Below, in pieces: positions 19,148 to 28,364 of a stretch of DNA of 64,000 nt (its first letter is position 1; each line of letters opens with the position of its first letter). Both the position numbers and the translations under genes were made by a program. The notes beneath the pieces are model-generated. The model was not told the DNA's origin, ran no database searches, and saw only the letters and a list, made by a program, of their open reading frames with translations. Source of the DNA: Escherichia phage vB_EcoM_JNE01; sequence record OR670491; one strand, written 5' to 3'.

Positions 19148-19405
19148 ATGGATATGTTACAAGTGCAATTAAAACAAAGTACTGACTTGATACTTTCTAT
19201 TATTGAAGATCTAAATCAACAGTACTTAGGAAAACGTGTCATAACTCATACAAAGATTAAAGGGTTTGTTTCGTTAATTTATTTTAATTCATATGAAAAT
19301 AAACTATGCGTTCGAATTAGAACCATAGATGAAGAAACTGGGTATGAGGATGGTGGATTAGCATCTATACCTTTTCAAAATTTAAGGTTATTAGAAGATG
19401 ATTAA
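19148..19405 (+). CDS. hypothetical protein, paralog family B
   Basis: ...EDLNQQYLGKRV...; related to 19398. Confidence 0.5.
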   Translation: MDMLQVQLKQSTDLILSIIEDLNQQYLGKRVITHTKIKGFVSLIYFNSYENKLCVRIRTIDEETGYEDGGLASIPFQNLRLLEDD

Positions 19406-19649
19406 AACAGAATTAGCATTAGTAAAACTGCATGTAGACTACGCAACAGTACTCGTAGAAGATCTATCAAAAAAGTACGTTGGTAAACGTGTGCGTTGCT
19501 ATTATAGTGAATATGATTATAAACATGATTTCCGTGTACAAGAGATTTTTCTGTTCGACGGGGTTATTAATATTCGTGTAATCAATGAACATAACCATAC
19601 CTATACATATGGCCTAAATGCAACTATAGAGGAATTGCCAGATGAATAG
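19398..19649 (+). CDS. hypothetical protein, paralog family B
   Basis: ...EDLSKKYVGKRVR... Confidence 0.5.
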   Translation: MIKTELALVKLHVDYATVLVEDLSKKYVGKRVRCYYSEYDYKHDFRVQEIFLFDGVINIRVINEHNHTYTYGLNATIEELPDE

Positions 19650-19938
19650 TGTTTTGTCAAAATTAAAAGAATTGAATTTCTATACTTACCTGTGGCTTGA
19701 TGAACAGGAACAGGTTGTAAGCAGATCTTATTCCCATATAATGATTGAGTTATCAAAGGATATACTAAAAACAGAAGTAAAAGTATTTTGTCCAGAAGCT
19801 AATATGGGTGGGAAGATTGTTGATTTTACTTTCGCTGGATTTATCAACTATAATTACGAACGTTCACTTGGTATTAAGGTTGAAATTGGGGAAGACGATT
19901 ATTGTACCTTTCAGTTGCCCGATTTGGTGATACAATGA
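19642..19938 (+). CDS. hypothetical protein (98 aa)
   Basis: ORF. Confidence 0.45.
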   Translation: MNSVLSKLKELNFYTYLWLDEQEQVVSRSYSHIMIELSKDILKTEVKVFCPEANMGGKIVDFTFAGFINYNYERSLGIKVEIGEDDYCTFQLPDLVIQ

Positions 19939-20234
19939 ATGAGGAAGATTTAAGAATATTAACCTACTATAGTAATCATTCGATAATTTTATATGAGATG
20001 GTTTATGAATACAAATACAGCGAGTATCCTTTATTTGATTTAGTACTGAATTTTTATAACGAAGTACGTGACAAATATTACGGTAAACCCATTGTAATAT
20101 TAGATGATACATTTTATATAGCAGCAGTGCATGGTTCATTAAATGGTATATTCTTTGATTTGAAATCGGATCTTAAATCAAAACATGTTGATGATAGTTT
20201 GTATATTTCGGAGATACCAAAATGTCAAATTTAA
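19935..20234 (+). CDS. hypothetical protein (~99 aa)
   Basis: ATGA overlap start chosen (track start 19902). Confidence 0.45.
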   Translation: MNEEDLRILTYYSNHSIILYEMVYEYKYSEYPLFDLVLNFYNEVRDKYYGKPIVILDDTFYIAAVHGSLNGIFFDLKSDLKSKHVDDSLYISEIPKCQI

Positions 20235-20548
20235 CAGAAGAAGATTTAAAGTATCTTCTGTACGTAGAAAAATCTACCATATTAATTTCGTCGGTTTGTG
20301 AAGAGTTTGACGATACCAGATGGAAAGGATGTGTGCCAACATACATCTTCGACACTATGGAAATATTGGAAAATAAGTTCTATAATAAATTAGTATATGA
20401 AAAGGAATATCCTAAAGTCAAACTTTATATTAAAGAATGCTTTTTCGCTGGACGCAGTGGTTTTATGTTTGATACAGGACGAAACGAAAAAGAAAAGTAC
20501 ACTTTTACTAGTGTTTATCTTGATGAGATTTTGTTAGCAAAAGATTGA
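20222..20548 (+). CDS. hypothetical protein (108 aa)
   Basis: ORF. Confidence 0.45.
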   Translation: MSNLTEEDLKYLLYVEKSTILISSVCEEFDDTRWKGCVPTYIFDTMEILENKFYNKLVYEKEYPKVKLYIKECFFAGRSGFMFDTGRNEKEKYTFTSVYLDEILLAKD

Positions 20549-20571
20549 CATTGAACTGGAATTGAACTATA

Positions 20572-20886
20572 ATGGACGAACTATTAAAAGAAATACTACA
20601 ATGGGAAAAGGATTTTGTTTTCATCAGTGAACAAAGAAACAATGCACCAAAGAGTGTTCGATCTGCCATTGAGTACTACATTGATGAAATGTGTGAATAC
20701 CTGACTAAAAAGTACTGTCCATTTAGTTCAGGATATTCCACCAACAGTTTTGTAACCAAACGAGATGTAGGTGAAATTCATATTGTAAAACGCATCACAC
20801 CTGGATTTGGTAACTGGTTTGTATTCAATACTGAACAATCTGAATACCTATACATCGAAGATTTAAGAAATATTATCAAAAAATAA
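20572..20886 (+). CDS. hypothetical protein (104 aa)
   Basis: ORF. Confidence 0.45.
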   Translation: MDELLKEILQWEKDFVFISEQRNNAPKSVRSAIEYYIDEMCEYLTKKYCPFSSGYSTNSFVTKRDVGEIHIVKRITPGFGNWFVFNTEQSEYLYIEDLRNIIKK

Positions 20887-20897
20887 GGAGAGTACAT

Positions 20898-21518
20898 ATG
20901 TTAACAACACTAGCAATTATTTGGGTTCTTGGTGTAATCATCACTGCTATGCTTGCATACAATCACAATCGCAATATCATTGGGTATTCTGTACTCGGTG
21001 TAGTACTGTCACCTGTGATTTCAATCGGTGTTCTCCTAATGCTAGGTGAACGCAACCCCAATCTATTCATCAATGACAACCGTGATAAGGTTACACCAGT
21101 ACCAGAAACTGTTATTCCTGAAGAACTAGCACCTGCACCGGAAGTTGTTGAAGTAATAGAAGAAGTCGTGGAACCTGTCAAACCAGTACCGCCAGTATTC
21201 CCTGAAGTGCAGGTTGTTCCTGAAGTTAAAAAGCATAAGTCCAATAAGTCCTCAAAGAAAGCACGATATACTAAAGGCAAGAACAAAGGTAAGAAACCAG
21301 ATACCCAAAGCACTTCCACTTCCACCACAACCACCACCAATACCCCTGATAACGCAGCAGGCATCGCTACAGCAGCCGTAATGACTGCCCTGTACGTTGG
21401 TGACGATTACAGTGATTACACCACTACAACGACGTATAGCTCGTCCTCTGACACTTCTTCATATGACAGTTCCAGTTCATGTGATAGCAGCAGTTCTTCT
21501 TCTGGTAGTTGTGATTAA
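20898..21518 (+). CDS. membrane protein with Pro/Val/Glu-rich linker and Ser/Thr-rich tail
   Basis: Two N-terminal hydrophobic segments; low-complexity PEVVEVIEEVVEPVKPVPP and T/S runs. Confidence 0.5.
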   Translation: MLTTLAIIWVLGVIITAMLAYNHNRNIIGYSVLGVVLSPVISIGVLLMLGERNPNLFINDNRDKVTPVPETVIPEELAPAPEVVEVIEEVVEPVKPVPPVFPEVQVVPEVKKHKSNKSSKKARYTKGKNKGKKPDTQSTSTSTTTTTNTPDNAAGIATAAVMTALYVGDDYSDYTTTTTYSSSSDTSSYDSSSSCDSSSSSSGSCD

Positions 21519-21519
21519 T

Positions 21520-21885
21520 ATGAAAGACCTGAAATACGTTTCAATGTATTACGAGGTACTCACTAATCAAATCCTAGAATACATCGATTCGGTCAGAAAG
21601 GATCTTACGGGTAAAACCGTAAGATTCACCGACGAATACATTGAACAACAGAACAGGGTTGAATCTTATACCTTCATTGATGACGATGGTACAATTTTTG
21701 AAGATGCAGAGGATATCACACATATCAGTACTGATATTAAGATGGAAGTCATTACTATTGTTAGTAAGAACACAACCAGACTATACGCAGTAGTTGAATG
21801 TCTATCATGTCCAGATGACACTGTGTATGATTTTGACCAATACATAGATCTTAAAAATTTAGTACTTATGGGAGTGGAGGAATAA
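21520..21885 (+). CDS. hypothetical protein (~121 aa)
   Basis: ATG just after upstream TAA; track start 21397 is an overlap-frame extension. Confidence 0.5.
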   Translation: MKDLKYVSMYYEVLTNQILEYIDSVRKDLTGKTVRFTDEYIEQQNRVESYTFIDDDGTIFEDAEDITHISTDIKMEVITIVSKNTTRLYAVVECLSCPDDTVYDFDQYIDLKNLVLMGVEE

Positions 21886-21887
21886 TT

Positions 21888-22124
21888 ATGATGACATTTT
21901 TTGGAATTTATGGTTTCGTTGCTATATGTTCATTTGTATGCAACTTTATAGTACTAAATTGGGGTTGTTTCAAAGATGAACTAATCACCATAATTAGTCT
22001 ACAATCCGCAGCACTTATGGCTATTATATGGCCTGTAACATTGGTATATCTTCTTATCTCATTGGTGCGAGATGTAAAAGATAAGTACGTTAAGAACTCT
22101 AAAAAAGGTGAGAAACATGACTAA
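21888..22124 (+). CDS. small membrane protein (78 aa, 2 TM)
   Basis: Hydrophobic segments; GGAGTGGAGG upstream. Confidence 0.5.
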   Translation: MMTFFGIYGFVAICSFVCNFIVLNWGCFKDELITIISLQSAALMAIIWPVTLVYLLISLVRDVKDKYVKNSKKGEKHD

Positions 22125-22374
22125 TGTAGATAAATCTCATATTCGTTATTTGTTTTCTTTAGTTGATGATTTCTTACAAGATATCAAGCCCAAGTACATT
22201 GGGAAAGAAGTCCGTTTGACACATACCAGAGGTTACTATAAACATATCATTGAAGATGTTATTCTTCGTAAGGGTGAGTTGTGCTTTAAAGTTTGCAATT
22301 ACCTTGAAGATGGTACGTATGCTGGTTCTCAAATGGTACATGATGATAAGATTATTTGGATGAATATTGAATGA
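22117..22374 (+). CDS. hypothetical protein, paralog family B
   Basis: ...DDFLQDIKPKYIGKEVR...; ATG 22117 after AAGGTGAG. Confidence 0.5.
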   Translation: MTNVDKSHIRYLFSLVDDFLQDIKPKYIGKEVRLTHTRGYYKHIIEDVILRKGELCFKVCNYLEDGTYAGSQMVHDDKIIWMNIE

Positions 22375-23114
22375 AACATTTTTTAGAAGTAACTGTTCCA
22401 GATGATAAAGAACTATATATTGTAGGCGACATTCATGGTAATGCTAAACTATGGGATATAACTAAAACAGAATTTGGCATTACTTCTGATGATTATGTTT
22501 TTAGCTTAGGTGATCTAATAGACCGAGGAACTCAAAGTGCTAAGTTACTTTTTGAGTTCCTTTTTTCTGATAACCGTTTTATGATTCTCGGCAATCATGA
22601 ACAGCTATGTGTTGATTCAGAAAAGTACAGAGACTGGCATCACTGTTGGTTATCGAATGGTGGAGATAAGTTCATCGAGGAAATCGGTGATACTGGTATT
22701 CAGTTCTTTAGACAGTACTTAAATCAGTTGCCTACAATCATCCAAATCAATCACAGAGGTCTGAAGATTGGACTCGTTCATGCTGGTGTTGATCTGAAGT
22801 ATCAAAACTGGGATCAGTTTATTTCTGGAACAAAGTCGCTTAGTACTGATATAATTGAGTCATTGCTATGGGAACGTAAGACATTTGATTTCTGCAAAGG
22901 AAACAATGTATACAATGCACCACGCATTCAGGGTGTTGACTACGTTCTTAGTGGTCATACTGGTGTGGTTGACCCATTGATTTATGGCAATCGCGTATGG
23001 ATAGACAGTCAATTCATGAGTGGTGATTTAACCGTTGCCACCCCACAAAGTGGCAAGATGCGTTACTTGCGTCGAGAAAAGGACGATTATTCTTTTAATC
23101 GTTTTAAAAGGTAA
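22371..23114 (+). CDS. Ser/Thr protein phosphatase (PPP family, lambda-PPase/ApaH-like)
   Basis: Motifs GDIHG, GDLIDRG, GNHE. Confidence 0.75.
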   Translation: MKHFLEVTVPDDKELYIVGDIHGNAKLWDITKTEFGITSDDYVFSLGDLIDRGTQSAKLLFEFLFSDNRFMILGNHEQLCVDSEKYRDWHHCWLSNGGDKFIEEIGDTGIQFFRQYLNQLPTIIQINHRGLKIGLVHAGVDLKYQNWDQFISGTKSLSTDIIESLLWERKTFDFCKGNNVYNAPRIQGVDYVLSGHTGVVDPLIYGNRVWIDSQFMSGDLTVATPQSGKMRYLRREKDDYSFNRFKR

Positions 23115-23117
23115 ATT

Positions 23118-23381
23118 ATGCACGAAGAGATACAACAAATCATCAAAACTCGCATCAATTTTGAAAGTACAGTTTCGTCGATGGTCCATGATTATCGAAA
23201 CGATGTTCAAGCGTATCTATCTGACAAAGTTGTTGGGAAACGTGTGTGGTTTGAAGACATGTACCCAGAAGGTATTATCACGCGTATTGTAACAATGGGT
23301 ACAAACACTATATACGTAGAAATACAGTACAGTGGAAATAGATTATATCAAACGGATATTAAGTACGTTACGTTTTTATAA
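23118..23381 (+). CDS. hypothetical protein, paralog family B
   Basis: ...YLSDKVVGKRVW... Confidence 0.5.
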   Translation: MHEEIQQIIKTRINFESTVSSMVHDYRNDVQAYLSDKVVGKRVWFEDMYPEGIITRIVTMGTNTIYVEIQYSGNRLYQTDIKYVTFL

Positions 23382-23391
23382 GGAAATAAAA

Positions 23392-23619
23392 ATGAAAGAA
23401 ATTCTGGTCCAAGTAAAGAAATATCAAACTGAAGATGGTAAGATTTTTGATTCAGCCCGTGAAGCAGAACACCATGAACGTATCATTTGTGGGGTAAGAA
23501 AGACATGTCCACATTGTAATGGTACACAGCAAGTTCCTGATGAAGAATTTCGTCGTTTCTATGCGTGTCCAACATGTGATGGTCGCGGATGGGTAGAAAA
23601 ACAAGAGGTATGGAAATGA
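23392..23619 (+). CDS. small zinc-finger protein (DnaJ-type CxxCxGxG repeats)
   Basis: CPHCNGTQ ... CPTCDGRGW. Confidence 0.45.
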   Translation: MKEILVQVKKYQTEDGKIFDSAREAEHHERIICGVRKTCPHCNGTQQVPDEEFRRFYACPTCDGRGWVEKQEVWK

Positions 23620-24029
23620 AATTATATTGCTTAACAAATATGTACTGTCAGGGAACGCAAGCTGGGATTCAGGCATTTCATGCTGGTGTAAGACTAATCA
23701 AAGAGTATGAAGGTTCACACTTCAGTACTATGATTGATGAGTGGTACTATGACCATGAAACGGTTGTAGTACTGAATGCTGGCTCTCACACTGCACTTGA
23801 AAAATACATGCAAGACTTAAAACAGCAAGGGAAGGTTCCATATGCTGAGTTCAAAGAGATCGGCTTAAATGATGCACTAACTAGTATTGCAGTACTATGC
23901 ACATCTGAAATGGTTGAAGACATGGCAGTACTGCGTATGAATCTACCTGCGGGTGAACAGCTAATGGAAGTTAAATATGGCAAGCTATATCCAGTACTGA
24001 AAGCTATTAGTACCATGAGGACATTGTAA
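23616..24029 (+). CDS. hypothetical protein (~137 aa)
   Basis: ATGA overlap start chosen (track start 23589). Confidence 0.45.
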   Translation: MKLYCLTNMYCQGTQAGIQAFHAGVRLIKEYEGSHFSTMIDEWYYDHETVVVLNAGSHTALEKYMQDLKQQGKVPYAEFKEIGLNDALTSIAVLCTSEMVEDMAVLRMNLPAGEQLMEVKYGKLYPVLKAISTMRTL

Positions 24030-25237
24030 TGAAGTTTCCTGAACAACTCTATGTAGCAAGAAAATATGTATCATCCGAGCGTGTAGAAGCAATGGTAACT
24101 GATGCTACAAAAACACACACAAAAGCATTCGAAACTAAAAAAGAACGACTGGATAGTTGGGCTAGTAAAGCAGGTAGCAAAGAACTACCATCTATTTTCA
24201 TCGAAAACAAACCAACTATCGGTTTTAGTATTGTAAAAATGGTTTATTCCTACAACCGCGACACTTTCTTCACAGTTCGACACCCTGAAGGTTTTGAGTT
24301 CTATATTCCTGCAAGCAATATGAATGATCTTATTGCCAACAATGATATCATTAAAGGTGTTTTCCAAGCCCCATTGTACTTCAATGACAAAATGGAACTA
24401 ATCAATGAAAGTACTTCATTATTTGAAAAAATGAAAAAAGAGGAAGAGAAACAAAGTGAACGTAAAGATTTTGTGCAAACTCTTAAAGTAGGTGATGGTT
24501 TTACTTACAAAGATAATGACTATTATTATTGTGGTCGTGTTCACGCAATTTGTATGATGAAGTCAAAAGAATATAGTATTCCAGAAAAGAGTTCTCTGTA
24601 TCATTTAGTTTATAATATTAGTAAGCAGCATTATGTACTGAACACTAAACTGGATAAGTACACCTTAGCTCCTAAAGCATTGCTTAATGCCAAAACTACA
24701 ATTGATAAAGAAATTTCCAAAGCAAATGCCGAAATATATGAATCAAAAGATAAATTGAGTGATCATTTGAGTGATAGTCTCAAGCCTATCATTATGGCAG
24801 AGAAACCATTCAAAAAGACTAGTTTAAAAATCCGTTATGAGAAAATTGATGTAAAAGATATTTTCAACAAGACTAAACGCTTCAATAGTGATTTGATTTA
24901 CAAAGTACACAAAGATGGTCAAGACTATCGTGTGTTTGTTGGGTTAAAGGCTACTGCGTATGATCGCTATTCATATAACAGAAATGATTACAGTTTGATT
25001 TATTACGGGGAATTTGATGTATTTGCTGGTACTGAAGTTGATATTGATGAAAATGGTATCATGACATTAGATGTTGACCTAGATAAACATACATCATTCG
25101 GTTCATGGAATGGTTATCAATCTCCGTTCTATCCCCCTACTAAAAAATATTCATCATCTAACAGTTATGCTGACAGAAAACAAATGGTTCAACTATCAAC
25201 TGACCTTGAATTGTTTGTAAGCCATTACTACCTGTAA
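24029..25237 (+). CDS. hypothetical protein (402 aa)
   Basis: Long ORF. Confidence 0.55.
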   Translation: MKFPEQLYVARKYVSSERVEAMVTDATKTHTKAFETKKERLDSWASKAGSKELPSIFIENKPTIGFSIVKMVYSYNRDTFFTVRHPEGFEFYIPASNMNDLIANNDIIKGVFQAPLYFNDKMELINESTSLFEKMKKEEEKQSERKDFVQTLKVGDGFTYKDNDYYYCGRVHAICMMKSKEYSIPEKSSLYHLVYNISKQHYVLNTKLDKYTLAPKALLNAKTTIDKEISKANAEIYESKDKLSDHLSDSLKPIIMAEKPFKKTSLKIRYEKIDVKDIFNKTKRFNSDLIYKVHKDGQDYRVFVGLKATAYDRYSYNRNDYSLIYYGEFDVFAGTEVDIDENGIMTLDVDLDKHTSFGSWNGYQSPFYPPTKKYSSSNSYADRKQMVQLSTDLELFVSHYYL

Positions 25238-25265
25238 ACGGAATTTATATAAAAAGGATTTTACA

Positions 25266-26684
25266 ATGAGCATTCTATCTATTATCGAAAACATTAAAAG
25301 TGTTAGCAGTACCCTTGGCAAGAAAGCTATCCTGGAAGAGAACAAAGATAATGAAACTCTCAAGAAAGTACTGAAATATACACTAGACCCTAGTATTGTA
25401 AGTGGCTATAAGAAGCTACCAGAAGCCCATGACGCATCTCAACATATGTCATTGGATGAAGCTATAGATAAGCTGGAATGCATCTATAAGCGTGATGTGA
25501 CGGGCCATGCAGGGCGTGATTTCATTGCTTCAGTACTGGGTAGTGTAAGTCCAGATGATGCTGAAGTTATTCGTAAGATGCTTACCAAGAACCTAGATTG
25601 TGGTATTCAAGAGAAGAACTGTAACGATGTATTCGGTAAAGGTTTCATCAAAGATGAACCATATATGCGTTGTTCTTTGCTTGATAAAAAGACTGTTAAG
25701 AACATCAACTTCAAAGGTCATGGTTATGCTGTCTCCGAGGTCAAAATGGATGGCACTTACCTGAACCACGTAGTTATCAATGGTTCTCTTACTTCTTCCT
25801 CCCGTAATGGTAAACTATATGACTTCTTAGGTTGTCGTGATGGTGAGATGGCAGGTCTTGCACATCAAATCCAAATGAATGATGATCGTTTTAGTAGTGG
25901 CGTAGTCTTTATGGGCGAAGGTCTAGTACTTGATAATGACGGTGAAACTATTCTCCCACGCACAACTGGTAATGGTATCATCCAGAAAGCTGGGAAAGAC
26001 AGTATCAACCAAAATGAAGCAATGCGTACTGTATTTGTCCTGTGGGATGTTGTTCCTTATGATGCATTCTGCGACGGTACATGGAACGTAAAACGTAAAG
26101 AACGTCGTGAACTGCTTGAAAATGCAATCAATGCATTGGGTAGTGAATTTGTCCGTATGGTGAAATACCGTAAGGTTAAAAACATCAAAGAAGCATTTGA
26201 GTACAATAACGAACTCATGGAACAGGGTGAAGAAGGTTCAGTACTGAAATGTGAAGATGGTGTCTGGAAATCACATACGTCTCCTAAGCAGTTGAAAGTA
26301 AAACTAAAAATGCAATTGGATTTGCGTATTGTTGGCTTCAACGAAGGTGAAGGTAAACGTAAAGGTTCACTTGGTTCTTTACAACTCGAAAGTGCATGTG
26401 GTACACTAAAAGTAAATGTAGGAACAGGTATCAAAGAGAAAGATGCAGAGTGGACATTCAAAACCATTTGGGAACGAATGCAAGAACTAATTGGTAAAGT
26501 CGTTACCGTTGAGTGTAATGAAATAGTTATTGACAGTAAAACTGGTGAACCATCACTATTTTTACCAGTGTTTATTGAATTTAGATTTGACAAAAACACG
26601 TGTGACGATTATACTCGTATCTTAGAAATTCGTGATAGTGCTGTTGAGGTGTTCTCTAACAGTATCATTGAATCAATAGCTTAA
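25266..26684 (+). CDS. ATP-dependent DNA ligase (T4 gp30-like)
   Basis: N-terminus ...KKAILEENKDNETLKKV... resembles T4 ligase; motif I KMDGTY. Confidence 0.8.
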   Translation: MSILSIIENIKSVSSTLGKKAILEENKDNETLKKVLKYTLDPSIVSGYKKLPEAHDASQHMSLDEAIDKLECIYKRDVTGHAGRDFIASVLGSVSPDDAEVIRKMLTKNLDCGIQEKNCNDVFGKGFIKDEPYMRCSLLDKKTVKNINFKGHGYAVSEVKMDGTYLNHVVINGSLTSSSRNGKLYDFLGCRDGEMAGLAHQIQMNDDRFSSGVVFMGEGLVLDNDGETILPRTTGNGIIQKAGKDSINQNEAMRTVFVLWDVVPYDAFCDGTWNVKRKERRELLENAINALGSEFVRMVKYRKVKNIKEAFEYNNELMEQGEEGSVLKCEDGVWKSHTSPKQLKVKLKMQLDLRIVGFNEGEGKRKGSLGSLQLESACGTLKVNVGTGIKEKDAEWTFKTIWERMQELIGKVVTVECNEIVIDSKTGEPSLFLPVFIEFRFDKNTCDDYTRILEIRDSAVEVFSNSIIESIA

Positions 26685-26702
26685 CCTTATCTGGAGGTAA
26701 TT

Positions 26703-27494
26703 ATGAAATTTGTTGTAACATCTGACGTACACGGTGGAACTAATTACCTCCATAGCGGTGATTACAGTGACGTAGTACTGATCATTGCTGGTGACTTTGA
26801 CGAAGTAAAGCGTAGTCGTTATCGTACCGGAATCGAAGAACTGTGTAAGCAGTTCTATAAGGTAGTACTGGTTCCTGGGAATCACGAATACTACGGTTCC
26901 AATATCCAAAAGACGCATCAAGTACTGTCCACTATGCAGGATGAGATTCCTAATTTCATCTTCCTACAAAACAAGTTCCAGTTCATTGGTGATGTACTGC
27001 TCGTTGGTAGTACTCTGTGGACTGACTTTGATAAAGGTAATTCACTGGTTAAGTTTGATGCTAAGATGAAGATGAATGATTACAAACACATTCGTCATGG
27101 CACTACGTCTGAACCTTGGCGTAAGAAGCTGACCCCTGAAGATACTGAGTTCATGCACCATCAGGATAAACAATTCATCAAGAATGCGATTTGTAGTGCT
27201 CGTTTGATGAGTGGTGATGATATTAAAGTACTGGTAGTTACTCACCACGCACCGAGTTACCAAAGTGTATCTCCACGATATAAGAATGATTCACTGAATG
27301 GCTGTTACTGTTCTGATATGGATCAGTTCATCGAAGATGTAGGAGCAGATGTATGGGTACATGGTCACGTACATAGCAGCTTTGACTACAATATCGGAAA
27401 GACACGTATTATTTGTAACCCAAAAGGTTATGAGTCATTTAGTGGTGCATCTGAGAACTTCGACTACAATCCACAATTTGTATTTGAAATCTAG
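26703..27494 (+). CDS. calcineurin-like metallophosphoesterase
   Basis: Motifs SDVHGG, GDFDE, GNHEY, THHAP, GHVHS. Confidence 0.7.
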   Translation: MKFVVTSDVHGGTNYLHSGDYSDVVLIIAGDFDEVKRSRYRTGIEELCKQFYKVVLVPGNHEYYGSNIQKTHQVLSTMQDEIPNFIFLQNKFQFIGDVLLVGSTLWTDFDKGNSLVKFDAKMKMNDYKHIRHGTTSEPWRKKLTPEDTEFMHHQDKQFIKNAICSARLMSGDDIKVLVVTHHAPSYQSVSPRYKNDSLNGCYCSDMDQFIEDVGADVWVHGHVHSSFDYNIGKTRIICNPKGYESFSGASENFDYNPQFVFEI

Positions 27495-27502
27495 GAGTCA
27501 AA

Positions 27503-27901
27503 ATGTCCATAACTTGCTTTACTTTTTCACCTGATGTCAGCGAGATTGTTCGTGTGTATCAGGTTAATTACCAGGTTAATTACCAGGGACGACCCACTAC
27601 TGATTCGTTTTTGGTAATGTCGGCTAACAAGGTAACTACTTTTTATCGTCATCAAGACCCATTTGTTATAAAAGACCGATATGGTATACGTGGAAATAAA
27701 GAACCGCCTATCAGTACTCATACTGGTATTGTACTGGTATGTGTACCGACTAGAGACTATATGTTCAGTACTGAAACTATTCAACAGCAAACATTAAACA
27801 TGGCAGCTTCACGTTCACGTGGAATGTATATTCGTGTAAATTTAGATGACATTGACCCTGGTTTGCGTTATGATTATATTAATGCGTTAGGGAGATTGTG
27901 A
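27503..27901 (+). CDS. hypothetical protein (132 aa) containing 12-bp tandem repeat
   Basis: ORF; QVNYQVNYQ encoded by duplicated CAGGTTAATTAC. Confidence 0.45.
   Translation: MSITCFTFSPDVSEIVRVYQVNYQVNYQGRPTTDSFLVMSANKVTTFYRHQDPFVIKDRYGIRGNKEPPISTHTGIVLVCVPTRDYMFSTETIQQQTLNMAASRSRGMYIRVNLDDIDPGLRYDYINALGRL
27560..27587 (+). repeat. direct tandem repeat (2 x 12 bp CAGGTTAATTAC + partial)
   Basis: Seen directly in sequence. Confidence 0.8.
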
Positions 27902-28308
27902 TAGTGATTAAATTAGATATGGATATCACACAACTAACACTACGCAAGGATAAGAAGATTTCATATGTTATGATGTTTGATGAAGTCTTTGCTAACAAGT
28001 TGACTGGGTGTGCAATAGAAATTCAAACTTTCTTCATTAATGATGACAGCGTTTATGTTAGTCAAGGTGGTCAGCGTGGATGGTTTGATGAGGTATTCAT
28101 GCAACCATATGATATTCAACCAAGTTATGACTACTACTTTTTAGTACCTGGTGATTATGGAACTGTTATGATTGATGATATCACTGACAGTTGTTATACA
28201 GATTCATTAAAACGCTTGACATTTATGAAGTTTGATCCTACAATGTTTAACAAGTTCACAGTTTACTATCTAGCCGAAGTATTTGATGAAATGATGAAAA
28301 AAGGCTAG
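27898..28308 (+). CDS. hypothetical protein (136 aa)
   Basis: ORF with GTG start after GGGAG. Confidence 0.45.
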   Translation: MIVIKLDMDITQLTLRKDKKISYVMMFDEVFANKLTGCAIEIQTFFINDDSVYVSQGGQRGWFDEVFMQPYDIQPSYDYYFLVPGDYGTVMIDDITDSCYTDSLKRLTFMKFDPTMFNKFTVYYLAEVFDEMMKKG

Positions 28309-28364
28309 ACAAACCAAATCAACGTGATATAATACTCACACATTAACAGCAGAGGAAATTAACA

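Noticed and set aside
20963-21364. 133-aa reverse-strand ORF
   Set aside because: Antisense shadow of the low-complexity Pro/Thr/Ser-rich part of the 20898-21518 gene.
21397-21519. N-terminal extensions of track ORFs (21397, 41097, 58002, 42965, 43392, 54216)
   Set aside because: Extensions overlap the upstream gene in another frame and translate to hydrophobic nonsense; internal starts with RBS were chosen.
26057-26599. 180-aa reverse-strand ORF
   Set aside because: Lies entirely inside the DNA ligase gene, which has clear ligase motifs on the + strand.
27560-27587. 12-bp tandem repeat as a CRISPR-like or regulatory array
   Set aside because: Only two copies, in-frame within a coding region (QVNYQVNYQ); simple duplication.
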